Source: Planctomycetota bacterium (lineage in GTDB: Bacteria > Planctomycetota > Phycisphaerae > UBA1845). From it: DNA of 58,021 nucleotides. The translations under genes were made by a program, and so were the position numbers. Positions within the stretch are counted from its first letter, which is position 1. Each line of letters begins with the position of its first letter. A model generated the notes under the pieces. The model was not told the DNA's origin, did not search any database, and saw nothing but the letters and a program-made list of their open reading frames with translations. Shown piece by piece: positions 1 to 9,420 of this stretch. The stretch is from contig JAZDHF010000017.1 in assembly GCA_043806315.1 (NCBI GenBank), positions 1 through 58,021 on the forward strand, given 5' to 3'.

Positions 1-486
1 GGGCCGTGGATTCGTAATCAACTGCTGAAACACCTCAAGAAGCTGAATGCCACGCTGCTGGACTTCTATCATCTCAGCGAACACGTGTGGGACACGGCCA
101 GGGCCTGCTGGGGCGATGGCGAGGAGGCCAAAGCCTGGGCCTCGAAACAACTACACGACATCAAACACCTCGGAGGGCGTCCGGTGCCGGCGGCCATCGA
201 GGAGGCGAAGAAGAAGCTTCGCTCTCCGGGCAAACAGGATGCCCTGCGATTGCTTCGGAATTACATCGTGGAACGCTGGGAGATGGTGGAGTACCCGGCG
301 GCGTTGGCCAGGGGCTGGGACATCGGCTCCGGCCCCACGGAGGCCATGTGCAAGAACCTCACGCTGCGGCTCAAACGTCCGGGCATGAAATGGGATACGG
401 ATAACGCCGCGGCCCTGATGAACCTCGTCGCCCTCCGCGAGGCCGGGCAGTGGGAGCAGTACTGGCAAACTCGAAAAACCGCCTGA
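1..486 (+). mobile_element. ISKra4/UPF0236-type DDE transposase, C-terminal part (5' truncated by window edge)
   Basis: Frame 1 is open from base 1: GPWIRNQ...LDFYHLSEHVW...IGSGPTEAMCKNLTLRLKRPGMKW. The (D)GxxWI, DFYH and IGSGxxE...R(L/M)KxxGMxW motifs are typical of this family. Probable right end near 510 (…GGCCAGACCCC). Confidence 0.85.
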
Positions 487-612
487 TGCCAAAATCCGTG
501 GCCAGACCCCTCGTGGGGAATACCCGAAGAATTGCCTTGACGACGGGAGGAACGTCGGGTATACACGGGTTCGTCGGCAAGGGCTGCCGATTCTTTGACA
601 AGTGAAGAGGTT

Positions 613-812
613 GCGATTGCCGGTGTCCGGCTTGGGCCGGACGAAAGGGAAGGTGGTGCGAATCCACCGTGGACCCGCCGCTGTGATCGGGGACGAACGC
701 CGCACAAGGCCATTCGTGGGGCCGCGCGTTGCACATCGTGCAGGGCGCGGAAACGCGGAGAAGGCGCGGCTAGTAGTTTGATCCGTAAACCAGAAAACCT
801 GCCGGTAATCGC
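613..812 (+). ncRNA. Cobalamin (B12) riboswitch
   Basis: P1 GCGATTGCCGGT (613-624) pairs with GCCGGTAATCGC (801-812). Also AAAGGGAA-GGTGG-TGCGAAT-CCACC, CCCGCCGCTGTGA, GGCCATT...GAGAAGGC and B12-box AACCAGAAAACCTGCC. Confidence 0.92.
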
Positions 813-932
813 TGTTCGTTGATGTGGTGCCTTCGAGGTCGGGGCGCTGCGATCAGTGACGGCAACCGGAACCCCGCGTTTGCGGGATCTCCTGACGGCG
901 CAAGTCAGCGCCCGGCTGTGACGACTCTGAAT

Positions 933-974
933 CCCGGCTCCCCGCCCTCGTGCGGCGCCGGGTTTTTTCTTTTT
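933..974 (+). terminator. Intrinsic terminator in riboswitch leader (probable expression platform)
   Basis: CCCGGC...CCGC-loop-GCGG..GCCGGG stem followed by TTTTTTCTTTTT, lying between the riboswitch and the first ATG (1026). Confidence 0.65.
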
Positions 975-1025
975 ACCGGCGGCAGGTCGCGAGGTCGATC
1001 CTGCTCCGGGAGAGGAGTCGCAGCA

Positions 1026-2156
1026 ATGGATCATGCACGCAGAAGATGGTTCGGATTCGGGGTGTTTGCAGTAGCACTGTGTCTATCGCACGGGCGTGGG
1101 GTGTGGGCTGATGGATTTCCCGGTTATCAGTATCTGCACGCATTCAATTTGCCTGCCGGAGCGAGCGTATTCGACGTTCTAAATGATGGTCGCTTGATCG
1201 TACTGGTCGGAGACGATGTCTACGTCGAGACCGCCGCAGATTCACGTAGCTTCGCCCAGACGGGAACGCTGCCCGCCGCCGATTTCCCTTCGTTCGGCGC
1301 CGCCTTCATACGGGTCTCGCCTGATGGAACTCAGATCGCCGTGGGCAATAACGGAGGAACGTCATTCTCCAATTATCAAGTGGGGGTATTCGACGTCAAT
1401 TCGCTGATGGGGAATTGGTTTGCCGCAAACCATTTCGACGCTGAATGGATCGACAGCGCGCATATCGCTCTGACGGCCGGGGATTTCGTGAATCCGAGTG
1501 TGGTGACGGTGTTGGATACCACCAGTGCACATCCGCCGAGCCCGACGAATACCACGATCATCGACAACATCGGCGGCGCTTCCGGGGGCATTGCATTCGA
1601 CTCGGCCGGCAATCTGTACACGGGCAACGGTTTCCAGACTAGCGGTCCAAGCGAGACCGGCGCGGTGAAGGCGTTCCTCCATGCGGCGTGGACGGCGGCC
1701 CTGACAGGCGGGACTCCGCTCGATTTCGAAGCGGGCGGTGTTCTCGTGGTTGATGTCCTATCCGCATCTCCACTGGCGTTCGATCGTCAAGGGAATCTTC
1801 TTGTCGGCGGCGGAGACTTCTCCAGCAGTGGCGACACTGACTTCGTGGCGTTGGTTCGGGCGTCCACCGTTTCGAGCGCCCTAAGCGGCATGGGACCGGC
1901 CGATTCCAACAACCCGGAGCAAGTGCGACGTCTTGACCCTGATGCCGCCAACGATTTCAACTATTTCTCCGTGAATTGCGATCCGGCGCTCGGGCGACTC
2001 TATGTACATGACAGTGGAAGCGCCACGCTGCACACCTACATGGATGTGAGCATCATTCCGACCCTCTCGCAATGGGGCCTCGCCTCTATGACGCTGTTGT
2101 TGTTGACGGCCGCCACGCTGGTCATTCGCCGCGCGGAAAACGGAGGCGGACAATGA
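1026..2156 (+). CDS. Secreted beta-propeller-like protein with IPTL-CTERM sorting tail
   Basis: AGGAG RBS then ATG at 1026; signal peptide MDHARRRWFGFGVFAVALCL; blade-like motifs VSPDG, GGIAFDSAGNLY, LAFDRQGNLLV; C-terminal IPTLSQWG + TM helix + RR. Confidence 0.8.
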   Translation: MDHARRRWFGFGVFAVALCLSHGRGVWADGFPGYQYLHAFNLPAGASVFDVLNDGRLIVLVGDDVYVETAADSRSFAQTGTLPAADFPSFGAAFIRVSPDGTQIAVGNNGGTSFSNYQVGVFDVNSLMGNWFAANHFDAEWIDSAHIALTAGDFVNPSVVTVLDTTSAHPPSPTNTTIIDNIGGASGGIAFDSAGNLYTGNGFQTSGPSETGAVKAFLHAAWTAALTGGTPLDFEAGGVLVVDVLSASPLAFDRQGNLLVGGGDFSSSGDTDFVALVRASTVSSALSGMGPADSNNPEQVRRLDPDAANDFNYFSVNCDPALGRLYVHDSGSATLHTYMDVSIIPTLSQWGLASMTLLLLTAATLVIRRAENGGGQ

Positions 2157-3286
2157 ACCGTTCGTGGGTGGGATTCGTCGCATGGTGTTTGACGTTCTCG
2201 GTCAATGCTGTGGTAGGCAATCCGTACCCATTTGCGGTACGAGTGTTGGAGTTCGCGCCCGCGCCCGGGCAATTCGTAAATTACGCCGATTTCGACGATC
2301 CGGCCCGTGCGTTGGGGCCGCCGTCGGGCGGAGGCACGTCGGCCCCGAACAACACGTCCGTCGTCAGCTTGGGCGGGTTCGGCGGCTACATTGTGCTGGG
2401 GTTCGACCATACGGTGGTCGATGACCCGCTCAATCCATTCGGTATGGACGCGATCGTTTTCGGCAACGCCTATTGGGTCGGCGGCGATCCCCAAAGACAT
2501 TGGGCTGAGTGCGCTACCGTAGAAATCAGTTTAGACGTGAATGGCAATGGGTTGGCCGACGATCCTTGGTATTTAATTCCCGGTTCCCATATTACCGACG
2601 CCAGTGATCAGCTTGCCATCGAGCACTGGGATGACGACGTCAACGATGACCGTTTTCCTCCGGACGAGGAATCCTGGATTCCGCCAGGATATTCGGGCGC
2701 GTGGGATACCCAGGCGTTCGCCTTGCCGACGGCTATATTCGGGACGCCGGTAGTGACTAATCCTGACTCCGGTGGACACTCGGAAGGGATATTCGGTTAC
2801 GCCGATTATTCTCCAACGTTGGTCTTAGGTGATCTCAATGGGGACAACGTCGTCGATGACCCGGAAATCGCCGCGGAAGAATTCTATACGAGGCCGGACG
2901 ACCCGCGAACGGTCGGCGTGACTCAAGGTTCCGGGGGTGGGGATGCCTTTGATATTGCATGGGCCATCGACCCACTGACCGGCGACCCGGCAGGTCTTTG
3001 CGGGTTTGATTTCATTCGTCTGACAAGCGCCGTCGATAGCGTATCCCCCATATTCGGAGAAAAGTCGGCGGAGATTGACGCCGTGGCCGACGTCGCCCCC
3101 GATCCCTTTGGTGACGCCGACGACGACGGCGACATCGACCTGAGGGATGTTGCGAAGCTGCTCAACTGCTTCGGGGACGATTCCGACCTCACACCGGTGT
3201 GTGAGCGAGTGGATCGTGAGCCGAACGGAACCATCGGCCTCGAGGACGCGGCCGCCTTCGTCGGGCGAATGACGGGACCGTTATGA
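2153..3286 (+). CDS. Secreted 'cell surface protein' (APGQFVN/SLGGFGG domain, possibly BtuH-like) with C-terminal dockerin-like repeat
   Basis: ATGA overlap with the previous gene; signal peptide; motifs APGQFVN, VSLGGFGGYIVLGFDH, GNA, DVNGNGLADDPWY, FDIAWAID, FDFIRL; C-terminal GDADDDGDIDLRD...NGTIGLED. Confidence 0.75.
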   Translation: MNRSWVGFVAWCLTFSVNAVVGNPYPFAVRVLEFAPAPGQFVNYADFDDPARALGPPSGGGTSAPNNTSVVSLGGFGGYIVLGFDHTVVDDPLNPFGMDAIVFGNAYWVGGDPQRHWAECATVEISLDVNGNGLADDPWYLIPGSHITDASDQLAIEHWDDDVNDDRFPPDEESWIPPGYSGAWDTQAFALPTAIFGTPVVTNPDSGGHSEGIFGYADYSPTLVLGDLNGDNVVDDPEIAAEEFYTRPDDPRTVGVTQGSGGGDAFDIAWAIDPLTGDPAGLCGFDFIRLTSAVDSVSPIFGEKSAEIDAVADVAPDPFGDADDDGDIDLRDVAKLLNCFGDDSDLTPVCERVDREPNGTIGLEDAAAFVGRMTGPL

Positions 3287-4065
3287 AGATCGGAAACAGG
3301 GACGAACCCGCGGGCTTTTCCCTAGTCGAACTGCTCGTGTCGGCGGGAATTGTGGTAATTCTTGTGGGAGTTCTCCTCCCCGGGCTTAGCCATGCGCGCG
3401 AGCAGGCGAAGGCGGCCTGTTGCCGATCGAACATCCGACAGTTGGCTTTGGCCAATGGACTCTATGCGCAGGAATCGGGCGGCGTCTATGTCCCCGGCGC
3501 GTCCGACTTTCTGTCGAATTTGCACCGTTGGCACGGCGAGCGATCGTCCCTTTATGAGTCATTCGTCTCAGGACGCGGGCCGCTCGTCCCGTATTTGGGA
3601 CCCGAGGGAGCCATCCGTGATTGTCCGGCGTTTTTTCCCGACTCCAAAGGGTTTGAGACGGGCAATGGAGGTTACGGCTACAACAACGCCTATGTTGGCG
3701 TTCGGACGGCGACCGACCGACATGGGAAGGTGATCGTCGTGAGCGACCTTGCCGGCGCGACGGCCGACCGGGTGAAACATCCCGGCGAAACGGTGATGTT
3801 CACCGACAGTGCGTTCGCCGACGCCAGCCTGATCGAGTACAGCTTCGCCGAGCCGCGTTTCCATCCGTCCTACGGATCCCGCGCCGATCCATCGATCCAC
3901 TTCCGCCACGCCCGGACCGTCAATGTTGCGTGGTGCGACGGTCATGTCAGCGGCGAGAGGCGCACGTTCACCTGGTCCAGCGGAACCTACACCGGAGACC
4001 CAGCTAGACTGGGCCTCGGTTGGTTCGGCGAGACGGACGACAACGGTCTGTTCGACCTACGGTGA
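3283..4065 (+). CDS. Prepilin-type N-terminal cleavage/methylation protein with H-X9-DG motif (DUF1559-like)
   Basis: GFSLVELLV...LLPGLSHAREQAK..CRSNIRQL at the N-terminus; GYGYN; HFRHARTVNVAWCDGHV near the C-terminus; ATGA overlap. Confidence 0.9.
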   Translation: MKIGNRDEPAGFSLVELLVSAGIVVILVGVLLPGLSHAREQAKAACCRSNIRQLALANGLYAQESGGVYVPGASDFLSNLHRWHGERSSLYESFVSGRGPLVPYLGPEGAIRDCPAFFPDSKGFETGNGGYGYNNAYVGVRTATDRHGKVIVVSDLAGATADRVKHPGETVMFTDSAFADASLIEYSFAEPRFHPSYGSRADPSIHFRHARTVNVAWCDGHVSGERRTFTWSSGTYTGDPARLGLGWFGETDDNGLFDLR

Positions 4066-4069
4066 GATG

Positions 4070-4160
4070 TGAATTGCCAATTGTCAATTGCCAATTTCCA
4101 ATTGAACAGCGAGCTTAGCCCCCTTTTCAATCGGCAATTGGAAACTGGCAATCCCCAATG
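4070..4160. repeat. Inverted heptamer-repeat element (CAATTGC/CAATTGT-like units)
   Basis: AATTGCC-AATTGTC-AATTGCC-AATTTCC-AATTG...TTCAATCGGCAATTGGAAACTGGCAAT. Confidence 0.6.
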
Positions 4161-4207
4161 GTCGCCGGTATCATCGCAGTGGGTTTTGTTGATGAAGGGA
4201 AACGTAA

Positions 4208-6433
4208 ATGACGCTACGACTGGGGTTTGGGTTGCTCTTTGTTACCGGTTGTCTTGCGGGCGGACCGCGAGGCAGCTCCAGGACATCGGGCGTCATCGCC
4301 GATCCGGCATTTCTTGAACAGTACGCGGCCACACGACGCTTTTCCGCCGGTCAGCCGACGGCCATCAGGCTCGCGCCAGACGGCAGCGCCGTCCTGTTCC
4401 TCCGCTCTCCCCCCCGCAGTTTCGTTCAGGACCTCTATGAGTTCAACACGCAGACGGGCCAGGAGCGCCGGTTGCTGACTGCGGAGCAGATTCTGAAAGG
4501 CGCGGAGGAGAATCTGTCCGTCGAAGAGCGCGCCCGCCGCGAGCGAATGCGGATATCGGCCCGCGGCATCGCCTCGTATCAACTCAGTAAAGACGGTACG
4601 AAGATCCTGGTTCCGCTCTCGGGCCGACTCTTCGTCATCGAACGCGCTTCCGCCAGGGTTCGGGAGTTGGTCAGTGACGCAGGCTACCCTCTTGATCCGC
4701 GTTTCTCGCCGGACGGGCGTTTTGTAGCGTGCGTCCGCGAGAAGGAACTGTATGTGATGGATCTCGCCTCGGGTTCGGAGCGGAGACTCACCACGGGTGC
4801 GGGTGCGACGCTCTCTCACGGAACGGCGGAGTTCGTCGCCCAGGAGGAGATGGGCCGGACGGAAGGCTATTGGTGGTCTCCGGACGGCAAGATGATCGCC
4901 TGCCAGGAAACCTCGACGGAGGGGATGGAGATGATGCACATCGCCGACGCGATCCATCCCGATCGAAAGCCGCAGGCCTGGGCCTACCCGCGGCCCGGCC
5001 AGAAGAACGCCGACGTCCGCCTCGGTCTCATTTCCGTCGACGGAGGGGAAACGCGATGGGTAATGTGGGATCGGGAGCGCTATCCCTATCTCGCGACGGT
5101 GCGCTGGAAGGACCAGGCCCCGCTGACGATCCTGGTCCAGAACCGTCAACAGACGGAGGAAGCGTTGCTCCGTGTCGACCTCGAGACCGGACATACGTCG
5201 CCATTACTGATCGAGAAGGATGAGGCGTGGATCAACTTGGATCCATCCATGCCCAAGTGGTTCCCGGACGGCAGTGCATTCCTCTGGACCACAGAGCGCA
5301 ACGGGGCGTGGCAATTGGAACTGCACAGTGCGGACGGACAGTTGGTCCGTGCGCTCACCGGAACCGATTTCGGGTATAAGGGATTCGTCGACCTCGATCC
5401 CGACAGCAGGACTGTTCATCTATCCGGCAGCGACGATCCCACGCAAACCCATGTCTACCGGCTGTGGATCGATGGCAGTCATACGGCGCCTGTTCGAATA
5501 ACGATGGAGCCTGGAATTCACTCCGCGACGTTCTCGGAAAACCATCGAGTTTTTGTTCATGCCTCCTCGACCATGGACGGGCGGCGCGCGCAGGCCGTGC
5601 GGAGCATGGACGGGCGCAAACTCGGCCTGTTGCCGTCAGTGGGCGAGCAACCTCCGTTCGTTCCCCATATCGAGTTAACGACGGTCGGTTCGGAACCGTC
5701 CTTCCATGCAGTCCTTGTCAGACCGCGCAACTTCGATTCACGTCGTCGTTATCCCGTGATCGTATCCGTGTACGGCGGTCCCCATGCCCAGACGGTCGTC
5801 GCCGCGCCGTCGGCTTATCTCCTGCAGCAATGGATCGCCGACCACGGGTTTATCGTAGTCTCCGTTGACGGACGCGGCACGCCGGCGCGCGGCCGGAGTT
5901 GGGAGCGGGCCCTCAAGGGGAATCTGATTGACGTTCCGCTCGGCGATCAAGCGGCAGGGTTGAAGGCCCTTGGTCGGAAGTACCGCGAACTCGACCTCGA
6001 TCGGGTCGGGATCTACGGCTGGTCGTTCGGGGGCTACTTCTCCGCCATCGCGGTGATGCGCCGCCCGGACGTATTTGATGTGGGGGTCGCCGGGGCCCCG
6101 GTTGCGGAGTGGCTCGACTACGACACGCACTACGCCGAGCGCTACCTCGGTCTGCCCGAGGACAATCTCAGCGGCTACGCGGACTCGTCCGTGCTGACGT
6201 ACGCGAAGGATTTGGAAAAGCCGCTCCTCATCATCCACGGCACGGCCGATGACAACGTCTACTTCAGTCACAGCCTGAAGATGTCCAGCGCCCTTTTCCG
6301 GGCTGGAAAGCCTCATGACTTCCTAGCTCTGAGCGATTTCACGCACATGGTGGCCGATCCGTTGGTGACGACGCGGCTTTATCAGCGGATCGTCCATTAT
6401 TTCCGGGATCATCTGATCCCGGCGGCCCAATGA
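4208..6433 (+). CDS. S9 family dipeptidyl peptidase IV-like protein
   Basis: DPP-IV N-terminal propeller (SPDG repeats, EFVAQEEM); catalytic GWSFGG, DDNV and His; N-terminal signal/lipobox-like segment. Confidence 0.93.
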   Translation: MTLRLGFGLLFVTGCLAGGPRGSSRTSGVIADPAFLEQYAATRRFSAGQPTAIRLAPDGSAVLFLRSPPRSFVQDLYEFNTQTGQERRLLTAEQILKGAEENLSVEERARRERMRISARGIASYQLSKDGTKILVPLSGRLFVIERASARVRELVSDAGYPLDPRFSPDGRFVACVREKELYVMDLASGSERRLTTGAGATLSHGTAEFVAQEEMGRTEGYWWSPDGKMIACQETSTEGMEMMHIADAIHPDRKPQAWAYPRPGQKNADVRLGLISVDGGETRWVMWDRERYPYLATVRWKDQAPLTILVQNRQQTEEALLRVDLETGHTSPLLIEKDEAWINLDPSMPKWFPDGSAFLWTTERNGAWQLELHSADGQLVRALTGTDFGYKGFVDLDPDSRTVHLSGSDDPTQTHVYRLWIDGSHTAPVRITMEPGIHSATFSENHRVFVHASSTMDGRRAQAVRSMDGRKLGLLPSVGEQPPFVPHIELTTVGSEPSFHAVLVRPRNFDSRRRYPVIVSVYGGPHAQTVVAAPSAYLLQQWIADHGFIVVSVDGRGTPARGRSWERALKGNLIDVPLGDQAAGLKALGRKYRELDLDRVGIYGWSFGGYFSAIAVMRRPDVFDVGVAGAPVAEWLDYDTHYAERYLGLPEDNLSGYADSSVLTYAKDLEKPLLIIHGTADDNVYFSHSLKMSSALFRAGKPHDFLALSDFTHMVADPLVTTRLYQRIVHYFRDHLIPAAQ

Positions 6434-6552
6434 CGAAGGTCTTTCGCTGGCGCCCCGCGACCCCGTCGAAGCCGCCGGGGCGCCTGGACTCCCTAACGTT
6501 TCCCGAATATACTCCTATGACGTTGGCCCTCGGGTGAACGATCGGGCGTACG

Positions 6553-7647
6553 ATGCAGCTTCGTCGCGTTGACAATCCGCCGAACCCATACCTCTCCCAG
6601 CACGCGGAGTGGTTGGAACCGCCGCCGCCGGCGCGGCTCGAAATCTACGAAGAGACCTCCGGCTCCATCCTCTCCCGCAATGACAGCCCCGACCTGCCGT
6701 TCACCTGGTCGGCCAACCCCTACCGCGGTTGTCAACATGCCTGCGCCTATTGCTACGCCAGGCCGTACCATGAGTACTTGGGTCTGGGAGCGGGCACGGA
6801 CTTCGATACCAAGCTCATCGTCAAGCGCAACGCGGCCGAGCTTCTGCGTGAGGCGTTTCGCAAGCGGACGTGGACACGCGAGTTCGTCAACTTTTCGGGC
6901 ATCACCGACTGCTATCAGCCGATCGAGGCGAGCTATGGGATCACGCGGGCGTGCCTGCAAGTCTGCTTGGAATTCGCCAACCCGGTCGCGGTGGTAACGA
7001 AAGGCTTCCTTGTGGTGCGCGACGCGGACGTACTCCAAGCTCTTCACCAGACCGCGGAGGCGACGGTTTGCGTCAGCATCCCCTTCGCCGACGCAGAGAC
7101 GACCAAGCTCATCGAGCCGCAGGCGCCGCCGCCCGCACGACGGTTCGAGACCGTGCGGCGGTTGAGCGACGCGGGCATCCCTGTGACGGTCTTCGTGTCG
7201 CCGGTGATCCCCGGCCTGAACGATCGCGACATCCCGCGCATTCTTGAGCAGGCGGCGGCGGCCGGAGCGCAATCGGCGAGCTACACCGCCCTGCGACTGC
7301 CCGGAAGCGTGGAGAGCGTGTTCGTCTCCCGCCTTCGCGAAGTGCTACCGCTGCGGGCCGACCGTGTCCTCAACCGCCTGCGCGATATCCGCGGCGGGCG
7401 ACTCAGCGAATCTCGCTTCGGCAAGCGGATGCGCGGCAGCGGGACCTACTGGAAGAGCATCGACGACCTGTTCCAGATCTCGAAGAAACGCTTCGGACTC
7501 GATCGGGATGGCGCAGGCTCATCGTGCGAGTGCCGCGTCGGGCCCGCAGAGGTCCGCACGGACGCACGACCGCCCGGAGCACGCCCCGCCGACTCTGCGC
7601 CGTCGGCAACGCCGCTCGTCCAACTCTCGTTCGACTTTCAACCGTGA
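6553..7647 (+). CDS. PA0069/Rv2578c-family radical SAM protein (SPL-like)
   Basis: NDSPDLPF..SANPYRGCQHACAYCYARPYHEYLG, TDCYQPIE, PVIPGLND. Confidence 0.92.
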   Translation: MQLRRVDNPPNPYLSQHAEWLEPPPPARLEIYEETSGSILSRNDSPDLPFTWSANPYRGCQHACAYCYARPYHEYLGLGAGTDFDTKLIVKRNAAELLREAFRKRTWTREFVNFSGITDCYQPIEASYGITRACLQVCLEFANPVAVVTKGFLVVRDADVLQALHQTAEATVCVSIPFADAETTKLIEPQAPPPARRFETVRRLSDAGIPVTVFVSPVIPGLNDRDIPRILEQAAAAGAQSASYTALRLPGSVESVFVSRLREVLPLRADRVLNRLRDIRGGRLSESRFGKRMRGSGTYWKSIDDLFQISKKRFGLDRDGAGSSCECRVGPAEVRTDARPPGARPADSAPSATPLVQLSFDFQP

Positions 7648-7699
7648 GGGTGCTCCGGTGGTTTGACGAGACCGTGCTCCCATGCGAGCCTAGCCGCGT

Positions 7700-9406
7700 A
7701 TGACTCCACTCCAATTCACCCGCGGCGTACGCAGCTTGAACCGGCTGCGGCAGATCGCTCAGGTGCTCACCCGGCACGGGTTTGGCCACATCGTGACCCG
7801 CGTCCACCTCGGCCGGTTCGTGCCGGTTTGGATGCTTCGTCACAAGCCGGCGGGCGAATCAACCGAGGGCGCTGAAACGTCGGTCGGTCGCCGCCTCACG
7901 ATGGCCGCGAGCGAATTGGGCCCGACTTTCGTCAAGCTCGGGCAGATGCTCAGCACCCGGCCCGACATCGTCCCCGAAGCCGTGCTCCGGGAACTCCGCA
8001 CACTCCAAGATGACGTGCCGCCGTTTGACACTTCCATCGCTATGGCCACGATCGCCGAAGAGCTGCACCAACCCGTCGGGGATTGCTTTGCGTCAATCGA
8101 CGACAAACCGATCGCCAGCGCCTCGATCGGGCAGGTCTATCGGGCAGTGGGAAAAGCGGGCGAGCAGCTCGTCGTCAAGGTCCGGCGTCCGGACATCGCG
8201 GACGTGATCCGCCTGGACCTCGAGGTCCTCGAATGGCTGGCCCAGTCGTTGGAGACGCTGATGCCCGAGCTGCGCATCTACCGTCCGACGATGATCGTCG
8301 CCGAACTGGGGCAACTGCTCACGCGGGAGTTGGACTACATCAACGAGGCCTCGACCACGTCCCGTTTCGCCGCGGCCTTCGCCGGCGACCCCGGACTACG
8401 CATCCCCAAAGTGTATTGGGACCTGTGCGGACCGCGGGTCCTCACCCTGCAAGCCCTGCCCGGCGTGAAACTGGAAACGCTGCTGAGCGGGCGCGAACCG
8501 CCGGGGATCACCGTGGACCGCCGCCTCGTCGCCCGGCGATTGGCTGATTGCTACCTCAAGCAAGTCTTCGAGGTCGGCCTGTTCCACGCCGATCCGCATC
8601 CGGGCAACATCCTCGTCGAACCGATCGCCAACGTCGGCTTGATCGACTTCGGACAGGTCGGGTCGATCACCGACGAGTGGCGGACCGAGCTTCTGGTGAT
8701 GGTCTACGCCGCGGTAAACCGCGAGATCGGCGTGGTTATCGACGCCCTGGCCGACATGGGTGCGTTGGGTGCGGAAACCGACCGCCGCAGCCTTCATCGC
8801 GCTCTGGGAATCCTCCACGACAAATACTACGGCCTGCCGATCAAACGCTTCGACCTGGGCACGCTGCTGACGGAGTTCTCCGACGTCGTGCGCCGCCACG
8901 ACGTGGTCGTGCCGCGGGACCTGCTAATGCTCATCAAAGCCCTGAGCACCGTGTCCGCGGTCACCTCGCGGCTCGATCCCGAACTCGATCTGCTCGAATT
9001 GGTCAAGCCTCGACTGCGGCAAGCACTGGCCGAGCAGCTCTCACCCGCCCATCTCGCGCGTGGGGCGACGCGGTTCGGGTGGCATCTGCTGAGCATCGCC
9101 CGCCAGGCCCCGGGACAGTTGCGAGAAGGCCTGCGTCGCCTGGCGTCCGGCGGCTGGCGACTGTACGTGCGGCACGAGAACATCGATCGACTGACCAACG
9201 AACTGGACCGCTCGAGCAATCGTCTGGCCTTCTCCATTGTCATCGCCGCGATCATCGTGGGCAGCTCCGTCGTGGTCAGCGCCAATACCAACATGAAGGT
9301 CCTGGGATTCGGCGTTCAGACGCTGGGGATGCTCGGGTATCTCATCGCCGGCGTTCTCGGAGCGGGCCTCCTCTGGGCCATCTTCCGTAGCGGGCGTCTT
9401 CACTGA
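7700..9406 (+). CDS. AarF/UbiB/ABC1 family kinase
   Basis: LGPTFVKLGQMLSTRPD, IASASIGQVY, VVKVRRP, FHADPHPGN, IDFG; C-terminal TM helices. Confidence 0.93.
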   Translation: MTPLQFTRGVRSLNRLRQIAQVLTRHGFGHIVTRVHLGRFVPVWMLRHKPAGESTEGAETSVGRRLTMAASELGPTFVKLGQMLSTRPDIVPEAVLRELRTLQDDVPPFDTSIAMATIAEELHQPVGDCFASIDDKPIASASIGQVYRAVGKAGEQLVVKVRRPDIADVIRLDLEVLEWLAQSLETLMPELRIYRPTMIVAELGQLLTRELDYINEASTTSRFAAAFAGDPGLRIPKVYWDLCGPRVLTLQALPGVKLETLLSGREPPGITVDRRLVARRLADCYLKQVFEVGLFHADPHPGNILVEPIANVGLIDFGQVGSITDEWRTELLVMVYAAVNREIGVVIDALADMGALGAETDRRSLHRALGILHDKYYGLPIKRFDLGTLLTEFSDVVRRHDVVVPRDLLMLIKALSTVSAVTSRLDPELDLLELVKPRLRQALAEQLSPAHLARGATRFGWHLLSIARQAPGQLREGLRRLASGGWRLYVRHENIDRLTNELDRSSNRLAFSIVIAAIIVGSSVVVSANTNMKVLGFGVQTLGMLGYLIAGVLGAGLLWAIFRSGRLH

Positions 9407-9420
9407 CTCGCGGACCACCC

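Noticed and set aside
819-1025. N-terminal extension of the IPTL-CTERM protein
   Set aside because: This is the riboswitch leader and terminator; the RBS and signal peptide support ATG 1026.
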